Shown: positions 18,782-30,479 of the stretch, piece after piece
Numbering within the stretch: position 1 is the stretch's first letter
Layout: each line of letters begins with the position of its first letter
The notes under the pieces: generated by a model
Database searches by the model: none
What the model saw: the letters and a program-made list of their open reading frames with translations, nothing else
Told to the model about the DNA's origin: nothing
Source of the DNA: an uncultured Bifidobacteriaceae bacterium
GTDB taxonomy: Bacteria; Acidobacteriota; Vicinamibacteria; Vicinamibacterales; JAENWD01
Length of the DNA stretch: 64,000 nucleotides
Direction: 5' to 3'
NCBI GenBank assembly: GCA_964446605.1
Contig: CAYUPN010000002.1
Span: 38,788-102,787 of the forward strand
Position numbers and translations under genes: made by a program

Positions 18782-20245
18782 TTACTGCTCCAGATACAGC
18801 CCGAGCTCCGTCAACGCGGGGCTCGCGGCGGCGCGCGTGATGCGCAGCCGCACGCGGTCGGTCATCACGGGACGGTCGAGCCGCAACAGCCGCGACGGCC
18901 CGATCGTCGTGCCGCTCGCTATCGGTACCCAGGCCGGATCCTGCCAGGCCTCGACGGTGAAGGCCTCGACGCGCTGGCCGAACTGAATGGCCTCGCGCAG
19001 CTTGATCACGGAGAACGTGACGGGACCGGGCAGGTCGAGTCCGATCGTCGCTTCACGTACGCCGTCGTTCGCCGCCCAGTACGTCGACCGGTCGTGATCG
19101 ATCAGCCGTTCGGGGCCGTACGCCGGGTCGACGCCGCGGATGTCGGTGGCGGCGACGCGCGCGCCGGCCGCCAGGTCGACGGCGAACGTGCGCCGGACCA
19201 GGTCGTGGAAGCCCTCGAGCGCCGCCGCGTCGACCTCGTGGATGCGGCCGCGCCGATCGGGCGGCACGTTGAGCAGCAGGCTGCATCCGCGCCCGACGGA
19301 CTTGAAGTAGAGGTCGAAGAGCTCCGCGGCCGTCTTCACCTTCCCGTTCTCCGCCTCGTGCCAGAACCAGCCCGGGCGGATCGAGACGTCGCACTCCGCG
19401 GGAATCCAGCGGCTGCCGTTCTGGTGCCCGGTGGGGCTGTCGGCCGTACGGACGTGGCCCGGGGCCGGCACGCCGCCGTCCGGTCCGGCCGGCTCGAACG
19501 GCGCCCAGTTCGTCTCGCCGGCGATGCCCTTCTCGTTGCCGACCCAGCGGATGTCCGGGCCGACGTCGCTGAAGATCACGGCGCCCGGCTGGAGCGACCG
19601 CACGAGGTCCCACGTGCGCGGCCAGTCGTAGTAGGTGCGCGGGTCGATGCGCCGGGTCTCGCGGGCGCCGCCGTAATAGCCGTCGCCGCCGTTGGCGCCG
19701 TCGTGCCAGACCTCGAAGATCGGGCCGTACCCGGTCAGCAGCTCGCGGAGCTGCGCGCGGTACACGTCGACGTAGGCCGGCGTCCCGTACTCCGGATGAT
19801 TGCGGTCCCACGGCGACAGGTAGACGCCGAACGTCAGTCCGTGCCGCCGGCAGGCCTCGGCGATCGCCTGCACGACGTCGCCGCTCCCGTTCTTCCACGG
19901 GCTCGCGGCGACGGAGTGCGCCGTGGTGCGGGTGGGCCACAGGCAGAAGCCATCGTGGTGCTTCGCCGTGAGGATGGCCCCCTTCATCCCGCCGCGCTTC
20001 AGCGCGGTGACGATCTGGTCGGCGTCGAAGTCGGTCGGATTGAAGGTGTCCGGGCTCTCGTCGCCGTAGCCCCACTCGCGGTCGGTGAACGTGTTGATGG
20101 AGAAATGGAGGAAGGCGTAGGTCTCGAGCTCGTGCCACTCCAGCTGGCGCGGGGACGGCACGGCGCCGTGCGGGGAGGGCGGCGGCGTACCCGCCGCGCC
20201 GAGTGCGAGCGCGGCGGGGAGAGCGAGGACCAGGAGTCGGGGCAT
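18782..20245 (-). CDS. Secreted alpha-L-fucosidase (GH29) with C-terminal F5/8-type domain
   Basis: LTAKHHDGFCLWP, YLSPWDR, WHDGA, IRWVGNE, ECDVSIRPGWF. Confidence 0.92.
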   Translation of the reverse strand: MPRLLVLALPAALALGAAGTPPPSPHGAVPSPRQLEWHELETYAFLHFSINTFTDREWGYGDESPDTFNPTDFDADQIVTALKRGGMKGAILTAKHHDGFCLWPTRTTAHSVAASPWKNGSGDVVQAIAEACRRHGLTFGVYLSPWDRNHPEYGTPAYVDVYRAQLRELLTGYGPIFEVWHDGANGGDGYYGGARETRRIDPRTYYDWPRTWDLVRSLQPGAVIFSDVGPDIRWVGNEKGIAGETNWAPFEPAGPDGGVPAPGHVRTADSPTGHQNGSRWIPAECDVSIRPGWFWHEAENGKVKTAAELFDLYFKSVGRGCSLLLNVPPDRRGRIHEVDAAALEGFHDLVRRTFAVDLAAGARVAATDIRGVDPAYGPERLIDHDRSTYWAANDGVREATIGLDLPGPVTFSVIKLREAIQFGQRVEAFTVEAWQDPAWVPIASGTTIGPSRLLRLDRPVMTDRVRLRITRAAASPALTELGLYLEQ

Positions 20246-20280
20246 GCCCCGACCCTAGCAGGGAGACCCGTCTCCTGTCA

Positions 20281-21714
20281 TCAGCTTCCCGGCGCAGTCA
20301 CGAAGGCGCCGCCGGGATCCATCTCCGCCGGCTGGCTGCGACGCCCGCGCGGGAACTCGATGTTGAGCGTCTTGATCTTGTAGTTCATCACGCGCGGGCT
20401 GATCGACAGCAGCTCCGCCGCGTCCTTCTGCACCCAGTTCGACATCCGGAGCGCCTCGACGAGCGCCGCCCGCTCGATCTCCTCGAGCGGAATGCCGGAG
20501 GGGGGAATCTTCACCGGCGACTGCGCGTCCCGCGCCGACTGCGTGGTCGCGACCTCGCCGAGCCGCAGGTCGTCCGCCGTGATCTGCACCCCTTCGGTCA
20601 GCAGCATCGCGCGCTCGATCGCGTTCTCGAGCTCGCGGATGTTGCCGGGCCAGTTGTAGCGCATCAGCAGCTTCGTCGCCTCGTGGTCCAGGCCGTCGAT
20701 CTTCTTCTTCAGCTCGCCCGCGAACCGCTTGATGAAGAAGGTGGCGAGCGCCTGGACGTCCTCCTTGCGCTCGCGCAGCGGCGGCATCTCGACCGTGACG
20801 ACGTTGAGCCGGTAGTACAGATCCTCGCGGAACTGGCCGGCCGCGACCATCGCCGGCAGATCGCGGTTCGTCGCCGCCACCAGCCGCACGTCGACCCGCA
20901 GCGTCCTGGTGCCGCCCAGCCGCTCGAACTCGTGCTCCTGCAGCACGCGCAGGATCTTCGCCTGCGTGCTGGGGCTCATGTCCCCGATCTCGTCGAGGAA
21001 CAGGCTGCCGCCGTCGGCCTGCTCGAAGCGGCCGATGCGCTGCTTGTCCGCGCCGGTGAACGCCCCCTTCTCGTGCCCGAAGAGCTCGGACTCGAGCAGG
21101 TTCTCCTGCAGCGCGGCGCAGTTCACCTTGACGAAATTGCGGTTCGACCGCAGCGAGTTGTGGTGAATCGCTCCGGCGATGAGCTCCTTGCCCGTGCCCG
21201 TCTCGCCGCGGATGAGCACGGTGGTGTTGCTCTTCGCGACCTTGCGCACGATCGCCAGCACGCGCTGCAGCGCGCCGGAGCTGCCGATGATGTGATCGAA
21301 GTTGTAGATGTCCTGCTGCGTGTGCCGGAGATAGTCCAGCTCGTTGCGCATGCGACGGAGCTCGAGCGCCTTCTCGATCTTGAGCTCCATCTCCTCGATT
21401 TCGAACGGCTTCTGCACGTAGTCGAAGGCGCCGACCTTCATCGCCTCCACCGCCGTGCTGACGGATCCGAACGCCGTCATGAGGATGACGGCCGTCGTCG
21501 GATGCAGCGCCTTCGTGGTCCTGAGGACCTCGATGCCGTCGCTGCCCCCCATCTTCAGGTCGCTGAGGACGACGTCGTAGTAGCTCTCGTGCAGCTTCTC
21601 GATCGCCGCGTTGCCGTTCGGCGCCTCGTCGACGTCGTGCCCCACCTCCTGGAGCGCGCGCACGAGCCCGCGCCGCAGCGCGTCGTGATCGTCAGCAATG
21701 AGGATGCGACCCAT
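20281..21714 (-). CDS. NtrC/AtoC-type sigma-54 response regulator
   Basis: REC domain, [31 protein letters not shown]. Confidence 0.95.
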   Translation of the reverse strand: MGRILIADDHDALRRGLVRALQEVGHDVDEAPNGNAAIEKLHESYYDVVLSDLKMGGSDGIEVLRTTKALHPTTAVILMTAFGSVSTAVEAMKVGAFDYVQKPFEIEEMELKIEKALELRRMRNELDYLRHTQQDIYNFDHIIGSSGALQRVLAIVRKVAKSNTTVLIRGETGTGKELIAGAIHHNSLRSNRNFVKVNCAALQENLLESELFGHEKGAFTGADKQRIGRFEQADGGSLFLDEIGDMSPSTQAKILRVLQEHEFERLGGTRTLRVDVRLVAATNRDLPAMVAAGQFREDLYYRLNVVTVEMPPLRERKEDVQALATFFIKRFAGELKKKIDGLDHEATKLLMRYNWPGNIRELENAIERAMLLTEGVQITADDLRLGEVATTQSARDAQSPVKIPPSGIPLEEIERAALVEALRMSNWVQKDAAELLSISPRVMNYKIKTLNIEFPRGRRSQPAEMDPGGAFVTAPGS

Positions 21715-21753
21715 GCGACCCCAGCCTCTCTCCACCCATCCCGTCCGCAGGCG

Positions 21754-22971
21754 TCACGCCTGCTGGAACCACTCCGCGTCGGCCGCCGAGACCGGCAGCG
21801 TAATCGTGAACCGGGTGCCCTGGCCCGGCGCCGTCTTGACGTCAATCCGTCCGTCGTGCGCGTCGATGATCTTCCGGACGATGGCGAGCCCCAGGCCGGA
21901 GCCCTGTGCCTTCGTCGTGAAGAACGCGTTCCAGACGCGGTCCTGCAGCTCCGGCGGGATGCCCGGCCCGTCGTCGCCCACCTGGACCACGATCGTCGGG
22001 ACGTGCGGCGCCGGCCCGCCGGGCTCGTGGTTCTCCCCCTCCATCGCGCCGACCGAGGCCGAGACGCGTACGCAGCCCGTCCCCCCGAGCGCCTCGAAGG
22101 CGTTGATCACGAGATTCGTGAACACCTGACTGAGCTGGTGCTCGTCTCCCTGTATCGGCGGCAGGTCGTCGGGAATGTCCATCTCGACCTCCGTCGCCCC
22201 GCGCGACGCCTTGCTCTCGGCCATGACGACGGCCGTATGCAGCACGGGCCCGAGCAGGGTTCGTCCCCGCTCGAGCCGCACGGGCCTGACGTAGTCCAGC
22301 ATCTCCACGACCGTCGCGTTGGCCAGCTTCGCCTCGTTGATGATGTCGGTGATGAGCGACTGGACGTCGTTGGAGTCACCCACCTTGCGCCGCAGCAGGC
22401 CCGCCATCACCTCGATGCCCGCCAGCGGGTTCTTCAGCTCGTGCGCCATGGCCGCCGCCATCTCGCCGAGCGCGGCGAGCCGGTCGCGCAGCCGCTCGCG
22501 CTCCTCGAGCTGCTCCACCCGCGTCAGGTCCTTGAAGAACAGCGCGGCCCCCTCGACGGCGCCGTCCTCGTTCCGGATGTGGGCGAGCGTGTAGCCGATC
22601 ACCCTCCCGGTCGCCTTCAGGCGCAGCTCCACCCGGTTCGGCAGGTGCTCCAGCTCGAAGGCGCTGCCGATCACGCGGACGACGTCCGGGTGCATCCGCA
22701 GGACCTCGGCGTACGAGCGCCCGATATCTCCGGAGTCGGGTCGGAGGCTGAAGATCCGGTACCCCTCCTCGTTCATGACCGCCAGGCTGCCGTCCTTCGT
22801 GACGGCCAGCACGCCGTTCCGCATGCTGGCCACCATGTCGCGGAAGAAGCGGTCCCCGACGTGCGCCGCAAAGGCGCGCCGGCGGGGATCACGGCGTGCG
22901 GCGGACGCACGGCTCTCCGCTTCGGGCGAGGGACGCGGCCAGTCCCGGCCGCCAGCAGGCGGCTGGGGCAT
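21754..22971 (-). CDS. Cytoplasmic PAS sensor histidine kinase
   Basis: AHELKNPL H-box, NLVINA, DDGPG, FFTTK, GSGLGL; no TM segment. Confidence 0.92.
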   Translation of the reverse strand: MPQPPAGGRDWPRPSPEAESRASAARRDPRRRAFAAHVGDRFFRDMVASMRNGVLAVTKDGSLAVMNEEGYRIFSLRPDSGDIGRSYAEVLRMHPDVVRVIGSAFELEHLPNRVELRLKATGRVIGYTLAHIRNEDGAVEGAALFFKDLTRVEQLEERERLRDRLAALGEMAAAMAHELKNPLAGIEVMAGLLRRKVGDSNDVQSLITDIINEAKLANATVVEMLDYVRPVRLERGRTLLGPVLHTAVVMAESKASRGATEVEMDIPDDLPPIQGDEHQLSQVFTNLVINAFEALGGTGCVRVSASVGAMEGENHEPGGPAPHVPTIVVQVGDDGPGIPPELQDRVWNAFFTTKAQGSGLGLAIVRKIIDAHDGRIDVKTAPGQGTRFTITLPVSAADAEWFQQA

Positions 22972-23045
22972 CAGCGGACCCTGGGGAGACGGTCTGTCCA
23001 GTACAGCCCTGGACGCAGCGATTTGTTCGGCACGCCAGGCTCATC

Positions 23046-23061
23046 CGCAAGGCGCGTGCCG
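23046..23061 (-). promoter_or_regulatory. Sigma-54 promoter of the HK-RR operon
   Basis: CGGCACGCGCCTTGCG, GG-N10-GC. Confidence 0.7.
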
Positions 23062-23146
23062 CATGGCGGAGACCCGGAAGGGAGTGCAATCCCGCAGAAA
23101 ACTGTAAGCGATGGTCGGAAAGCTGACGCGGGATGTCAAAGCGGGA

Positions 23147-23179
23147 TTACAGAACTGACGCAAAGTTACAGTTCTGTAA
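23147..23179. promoter_or_regulatory. Perfect 11-bp inverted repeat, candidate enhancer or terminator
   Basis: TTACAGAACTG-N11-CAGTTCTGTAA. Confidence 0.55.
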
Positions 23180-23213
23180 ACCGATGCGGCATGGGAACGG
23201 GGCCGCCGGGGCG

Positions 23214-25424
<2,211 letters not shown>

Positions 25425-25632
25425 GCGGGCTGGTCGCGGCCGGCCGCGCAAGGCGCCGCACCGGCGCGCTCACGCGCGGGACGCGAACTGTCGATTGTAC
25501 CACGCAGCCGTGTGCAGGCCCCGGGGCCGCCGGGCGGCGGTCGCCATCAACGACGCTGGTGTGCGTTCGAGTCCGTTCGATTTGCGCGCTCGTGTCGTTG
25601 TGCGCGGCCGCGGCGTTTCCTACGATCGAATC

Positions 25633-25920
25633 ATGTCGTTCACGCGCGCGGCACTGGCCGCGCTCCTGCTCGTGCCGGCCGTCCCCGCCGTCGCTGCCGC
25701 GGAGACCGCGTCCGCCCGTCTCACCGTGTCGGTGCGGGTGGTCCGTCCCTGTCTGGTGGCGACCGCGGACACTGCGGTGCGTGTGTCGTGCGAACCGGGT
25801 CGAGACGGCGCCATGCGCGTGCAGGCCGATCGGCAGGCCCCCCGGATCGTCCGGCCGGACGCGTCCGGCGCGGTGCGCCTCGACGACGCGGCCGCTCGCC
25901 GCGTGACAATCGAGTTCTAG
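25633..25920 (+). CDS. Small secreted pilin-like protein (95 aa)
   Basis: Signal peptide, ASARLTVSVRVVRPC strand, second Cys, C-terminal VTIEF; TACGAT 6 nt upstream. Confidence 0.65.
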   Translation: MSFTRAALAALLLVPAVPAVAAAETASARLTVSVRVVRPCLVATADTAVRVSCEPGRDGAMRVQADRQAPRIVRPDASGAVRLDDAAARRVTIEF

Positions 25921-25922
25921 CA

Positions 25923-26164
25923 CCCGCCTTCGCGCTGCGCGCTTCGGCGAGGCCCGCCCGCGCTCCCGTCGCCGACGCCGGCGGGACCTGATCTGACCTG
26001 ATCCGCCAGCCGCGGCAAGTGTTCATTCACCCCGCGGCGAGGCGGGACCTGATCCGCCCGCGCTCCCGTCGCCGACGCGGGCGGGACCTGATCCGACCTG
26101 ATCCGACCTGATCAGACCTGATCAGACCCGATCCGACCCGATCCGACCTGATCCGACCCGATCA
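25923..26164 (+). repeat. Composite element: REP-like hairpin, three GC hairpins and decamer array 2 (26085-26164, 8 units)
   Basis: Direct reading; (GACCY GATCM)x8. Confidence 0.9.
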
Positions 26165-26614
26165 GTATTCGACCGTCAGCATCACCGTATCGCTGTAGAC
26201 GCCGGCGGCGACGTCCTGCCCGGGTGGCAGGCGTGCGAACACGGTGACGGTCAGCCACACGTTGTTCGGTTGGGGATTCTTGATGAAGAGGAACGACGTG
26301 CCGCCCGAGCCGTCGCCCCACACCTGCGTGAACGCGCCGTCCATGTACAGGTTGTAGGCCAGTCGCTCCGGCCCGTTGCGGAGCTCGCGCGTCGCGTACG
26401 TGCCGCTCGACCCGGGCGAGATCGTGATGCGGATGTCCTTGTCCCGCTGGCCGCACATGTACGAGATGGTCGCGGTCGAATCCGTCGGCGACGCATCGAA
26501 GACGTCGTAGGCGCCGAATGCGATGCTGTCGGCCGACACCGAGCAGTCCGCGTGCGCGTCGCCAGTGAGCAGGCCGAGCAGCGCGGCCGCCGCCAGGACG
26601 ATGCGCACGCTCAC
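26162..26614 (-). CDS. Spore coat U / Csu-type minor pilin
   Basis: CSV..IAFGAYD, LAYNLY, VWGDG, GVYSDTVMLTVEY. Confidence 0.88.
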   Translation of the reverse strand: MSVRIVLAAAALLGLLTGDAHADCSVSADSIAFGAYDVFDASPTDSTATISYMCGQRDKDIRITISPGSSGTYATRELRNGPERLAYNLYMDGAFTQVWGDGSGGTSFLFIKNPQPNNVWLTVTVFARLPPGQDVAAGVYSDTVMLTVEY

Positions 26615-28938
26615 CGGCCGGCCTCCGGCAGCGGGCGGCAGACGATCGTGCCGGCCCTGATCACCGGCGCGTCGGAAGCCGGGATGACGAGCGTCGCGGA
26701 GCACGTGCCGTCTCCGTGGATCAGCGAAGCCTGGTACGTGCCCGGCGGGAGCCCTTCGACGTAGAACACGCCGTCGAGGCCGAGCAGGGTCTCGACCACC
26801 GCCGCCTGTCCTTCTATCCGCAGCCGGGCGTCGAGCGCGTGCTGTCCGGCGAGCGCGGCCGGATCGCCCTCGATCGTGATGCGTCCGGTGGCACGCCAGT
26901 CGCGCTCGGCCGTGAACTCGGCGATCGCGCCGCCGCGGTAGGGCGGCGCGAGCAGCAGGCGATCCGTCGCGAGCGTGCGGTCGGGCGGCACGTCCTCGTC
27001 GGCGATGCTGATCACGTTCCCGTAGTACGCGAGCAGGTCGGGGAGCAGCAGGTCGCCGTGCCGATCCGTGCGTCCGACTTCCTGGTGGCTGACGTAGGCG
27101 CGGACGTTGTCGATGCCGGGCAGCCGCACGAGCGCGAAGCCGTCCCGCACGGGGCGGGATGGCAGCACGCGCCCGCCGATCGCGACGAGCGCGCCGCTGA
27201 CCTGCGCGTAGCTGCCGCCGCTGCCGGTCGCCGCCTGGTGCACCGAGGCCTGGAGCCAGCGCGTCTGCGCGTGCAGCTCGCCGCCGAGCGTATCGGCCCC
27301 CTGCCGCAGGACCGAGGCCTGGACGCGGTAGCCGAGGCCGGGGCCGACGGGGAGCGCGCGCTGCACGTCCGCGACGAGCCGCTGGTCCTGCCCTGTCTGC
27401 TCCCAGGCGATGCTGGACGACGCCCGTGGTCCGAGCCCGACGGACAGCCCCGCGTACGCGCTCGTGGACCAGCGCCGTTCCTCGCGCGTCCGGTAGATGG
27501 ACGCGAAGAGCGAGATCCCCGAGGAGAGCGACACGCTGCCCGTCACGCCGGCCCGCGCGGAACGCGGGTGCCCGCCGTGCGAAGCGTGGCGCTCCCAGCT
27601 CGCGCCCAGCGTGCTGCGGGCCGACGGGCGCAGGTGCGCCGAAGCGAGCAGGTCGCTCCGCGGGCGGCTCGCGCCGCGCCGCGTCGCGAGCGTCGCGTAC
27701 TCCTCCGTGGCGCCGCGCCAGGCGAGCGAGAGGCCGCCACGGTGTCCGGAGTACTCGTACGTGAGCGAGGCGGCCGCGCCGGCCGTTCCCGCCTCGCGGC
27801 TCGCCGCGAGCGCGACTTCCACCGCGCCGGCCCGCCCGAGCTTCGCCGCCACAATCGGACCGGCGCTGACGAAGCCGCGCTCCGCCTCGACGCGGCCGCC
27901 GGCGGTGATCGTGTCGGTGATGCCGGTGCGGTGCACGGCGGTGGCGACCGGGCCGCCGTACGAGAACAGATCGGTGTGCGGACGCAGGCGCTCGACCCCG
28001 GCGGCGTAGTGATACTGGTGGAGACCGCGCGCCAGCACGGTCGCGGTCACGTACGACGAGGTGCCCAGCTCCTGGACGCCGCCGAACGCGTCGCGCACGA
28101 CCACGCGCGTGTCGGAGGCGCCGGTCGGGAGCGCGACGTCGCTCAGCTCGTACGGGCCCGGCTGCACCTGCAGCGACCGCACGAGCTGGTTGTTCACGTA
28201 CACCTCGAGCCGCGAGGGGGACGTCGCCATGCCGGTCAGCGTCGTGGTCGGGAACCGGATGAAGTAGGGATCGATCGAGAAGTCGCGCGACACGGACACG
28301 CCGGCCAGCTGCACGCCGCCGCCCAGCAGCCCCGTGGCCGCCACGGCGTCGCCGAGCACCCAGCGGCGCAGCCGATCGCGGTCATCGAACGTGAGGCTGG
28401 TCAGCCCTCGCGTGGCCGGCCGTCCCTCTGCCAGGAAGAGCGTCGACGTGACCAGCGCGGGACCCAGGGTCGCGCCGCTCTCGAGGCTCACCGACCGTGA
28501 CGCCCCGGTTCCCCAGGACGCGCCGTAGTTCAGGAACGCGCTCGTCGCGCGGCTGTACGTGATTCCCGCGGGGCGCTGACGCTCGAACGCGAGGCGCGTG
28601 CCCCGGAAGAGCGACGGATCGGCGGTGATCGCCAGCGTCAGCTCGATCGGATCGAGCACGATGCGAGGCCGCGGCTCGATCGAGGACAGCCGCACGAGCA
28701 CCCGTGCGCCGCGGGACAGCCGCTCGCCGCCGATGCGGACCAGCCCGGCGCGCTCGAGCGCCTCGACCTCCGCCCAGACCTCATCACCGTCCAGCAGGAC
28801 GTACACGTCGCCGGCCGCCGCGGCGTTCACCGTGAGGGTGAGCACCGCCGGCGTGAACGGCCGATCGGCCGTGGACGCCCGCGCCACCGCGGCAAGCCCG
28901 CACAGGAGCGCGCAGGTTGCCGCGATCGTCCATCGCAT
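26611..28938 (-). CDS. Fimbrial outer-membrane usher
   Basis: AFLNY, LGD, VYVNNQ, VVRDAFG, GRTDRHG, YYGN.ISI; about 775 aa. Confidence 0.9.
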   Translation of the reverse strand: MRWTIAATCALLCGLAAVARASTADRPFTPAVLTLTVNAAAAGDVYVLLDGDEVWAEVEALERAGLVRIGGERLSRGARVLVRLSSIEPRPRIVLDPIELTLAITADPSLFRGTRLAFERQRPAGITYSRATSAFLNYGASWGTGASRSVSLESGATLGPALVTSTLFLAEGRPATRGLTSLTFDDRDRLRRWVLGDAVAATGLLGGGVQLAGVSVSRDFSIDPYFIRFPTTTLTGMATSPSRLEVYVNNQLVRSLQVQPGPYELSDVALPTGASDTRVVVRDAFGGVQELGTSSYVTATVLARGLHQYHYAAGVERLRPHTDLFSYGGPVATAVHRTGITDTITAGGRVEAERGFVSAGPIVAAKLGRAGAVEVALAASREAGTAGAAASLTYEYSGHRGGLSLAWRGATEEYATLATRRGASRPRSDLLASAHLRPSARSTLGASWERHASHGGHPRSARAGVTGSVSLSSGISLFASIYRTREERRWSTSAYAGLSVGLGPRASSSIAWEQTGQDQRLVADVQRALPVGPGLGYRVQASVLRQGADTLGGELHAQTRWLQASVHQAATGSGGSYAQVSGALVAIGGRVLPSRPVRDGFALVRLPGIDNVRAYVSHQEVGRTDRHGDLLLPDLLAYYGNVISIADEDVPPDRTLATDRLLLAPPYRGGAIAEFTAERDWRATGRITIEGDPAALAGQHALDARLRIEGQAAVVETLLGLDGVFYVEGLPPGTYQASLIHGDGTCSATLVIPASDAPVIRAGTIVCRPLPEAGR

Positions 28939-28949
28939 GGCAGGGCTCC

Positions 28950-29696
28950 TCAGGAGCCGCAAAGTCCGCCCGGCGTCTCGACCCCGGACTCGAGGCGCAC
29001 GGAGCCCACCACGACCTCGATCGCCGCCCGTCGAATCCGTGCGCAGTCCGTACCGGGGAACGCCAGCTCGAACCGCCGCGCGCCGCCGGCGAGCACGTAC
29101 CACGCGTTCGGCGTCTCCTCGGCCACCGCGTCACCGGATGCGGTGAGGCCCCGCACGCGCACCTCGTCCGGAATGAAGAACACGTTGCCGGTGTTCGCGA
29201 GGGTGAACGACAGGCGGCCATCGCGCAGCCCGACATCCTGCAGCGCCGCGGCCGCGGACGGCCGGGCCGGCTGGACGAAGACCGGAATGCCGAGGCGCGT
29301 CAGCATGCGGACCGCCGCACCGCCGGAGCTGCCGCTCCCGGCGAGCTCCTCGACGTAGACCCGATACGAACGCTCCAGGGCGCCCGGCGTGCCGGTGAAC
29401 GCGACGCGGATGCGCCGCGTCTCGCCGGGCGCCAGCGTGAGCAGGCCCGGGAACGCGACCAGGTCGTCAGCCGCGGACAGCTGCAGTTCGCCGGATTCCG
29501 ACTGGCGCCACGCGTGCGCCGAGACCTGCAGCCTGAGCGCCTCGCCGCTGTCGTTCGTGATCGTCAGCAGCGCGCTCGTCGCCTGCGGCGTGAAGACGAC
29601 GCGGGTGGGCGCGACGGAGAAGGTGGCGGCGGCCGCCGGAGCGGCCAGCAGAGAGACGACGAGCGTCAGGAGACTCGCGAGCTGGGGAAATCGCAT
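28950..29696 (-). CDS. Fimbrial periplasmic chaperone (PapD/CsuC-like)
   Basis: VAPTRV, LAPGETRRIRV, ERSYRVYVEE, IPVFVQP, NTGN. Confidence 0.9.
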   Translation of the reverse strand: MRFPQLASLLTLVVSLLAAPAAAATFSVAPTRVVFTPQATSALLTITNDSGEALRLQVSAHAWRQSESGELQLSAADDLVAFPGLLTLAPGETRRIRVAFTGTPGALERSYRVYVEELAGSGSSGGAAVRMLTRLGIPVFVQPARPSAAAALQDVGLRDGRLSFTLANTGNVFFIPDEVRVRGLTASGDAVAEETPNAWYVLAGGARRFELAFPGTDCARIRRAAIEVVVGSVRLESGVETPGGLCGS

Positions 29697-29760
29697 GTCC
29701 TGTGCCGCAGCGCGCATGGTCGGTTGTCCTGCGCGCGCACGAAGTTGTCGACGCAGGGGA

Positions 29761-29792
29761 GCGGCGGCGCCGGACAACCCGGTCACCGCCGC
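29761..29792 (-). terminator. Intercistronic stem-loop after the major pilin gene
   Basis: GCGGCGGCG-CCGG-ACAAC-CCGG-T-CACCGCCGC. Confidence 0.5.
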
Positions 29793-29806
29793 CCGCCCGG
29801 ATACGA

Positions 29807-30322
29807 TCAGAAGTCTGCCGTGACCGTTACCGTGTCGGAGTAGTTCCCCGGCGGCACGTCCTGGCCCGCGGGAACCCGACCGTACACGCTGATGGCGCTG
29901 AACGCGCTGCTCGCCGCCGGGCCGTACGTCACCGTGTTCGCGGCGTCGTTCCAGACCGTGGAGCGCGAGCCGTCGGTGTAGAGCTCGTAGTTGAGGAACT
30001 CTCCACCGGCGGCCATCCGGCGCGAGCCTCCCGAGGCGTTGGTGCCCGGATCGAGCCTGAGGACGGCGGATCCGCCTCGCGTGCAGCGCACCTGGAACGA
30101 TCCGTCCACATCGAGGGGCGTGGTGTCGTTGGTGGCAATGGGGTCGTAGCTGCCGAAATCGAGCGAGCCGGCCTGCACGAGGCAGTTGTTCGTCACGGTG
30201 GCAGTCACCGCGAGGTTGGCCGAGTGCGTGGCCGCCGTGGCCGGCTGTGTGATGTAGGCGCCGGCCAGGAGTGCGAGCGTTGCGCCGGTCCCAGCGAGGA
30301 GACGACGCGTCTGTTTACCCAT
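29807..30322 (-). CDS. Spore coat U / Csu-type major pilin
   Basis: NLAVTATVTNNC donor strand, LDFGSYD, CTRG, LNYELY, VYGRVPAGQ, GNYSDTVTVTADF; GAGGGAGG RBS. Confidence 0.92.
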   Translation of the reverse strand: MGKQTRRLLAGTGATLALLAGAYITQPATAATHSANLAVTATVTNNCLVQAGSLDFGSYDPIATNDTTPLDVDGSFQVRCTRGGSAVLRLDPGTNASGGSRRMAAGGEFLNYELYTDGSRSTVWNDAANTVTYGPAASSAFSAISVYGRVPAGQDVPPGNYSDTVTVTADF

Positions 30323-30479
30323 GGTTCCTCCCTCGGGGCAATCCGCTCTGCGCGGACCGCCGACAGTCCATCCGAGGGCCATATCGACAGCTCAGCCATA
30401 TGACTGTATAGGACAAGAGCGGACTCTAAAGTGTTCAGTTCGTCGCTCCGATGCATCTGTTGTCCCACACTGTCGTAAA

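Noticed and set aside
25953..26164. CRISPR array
   Set aside because: Repeats are too short and irregular, two spacers are near-identical, and there are no cas genes
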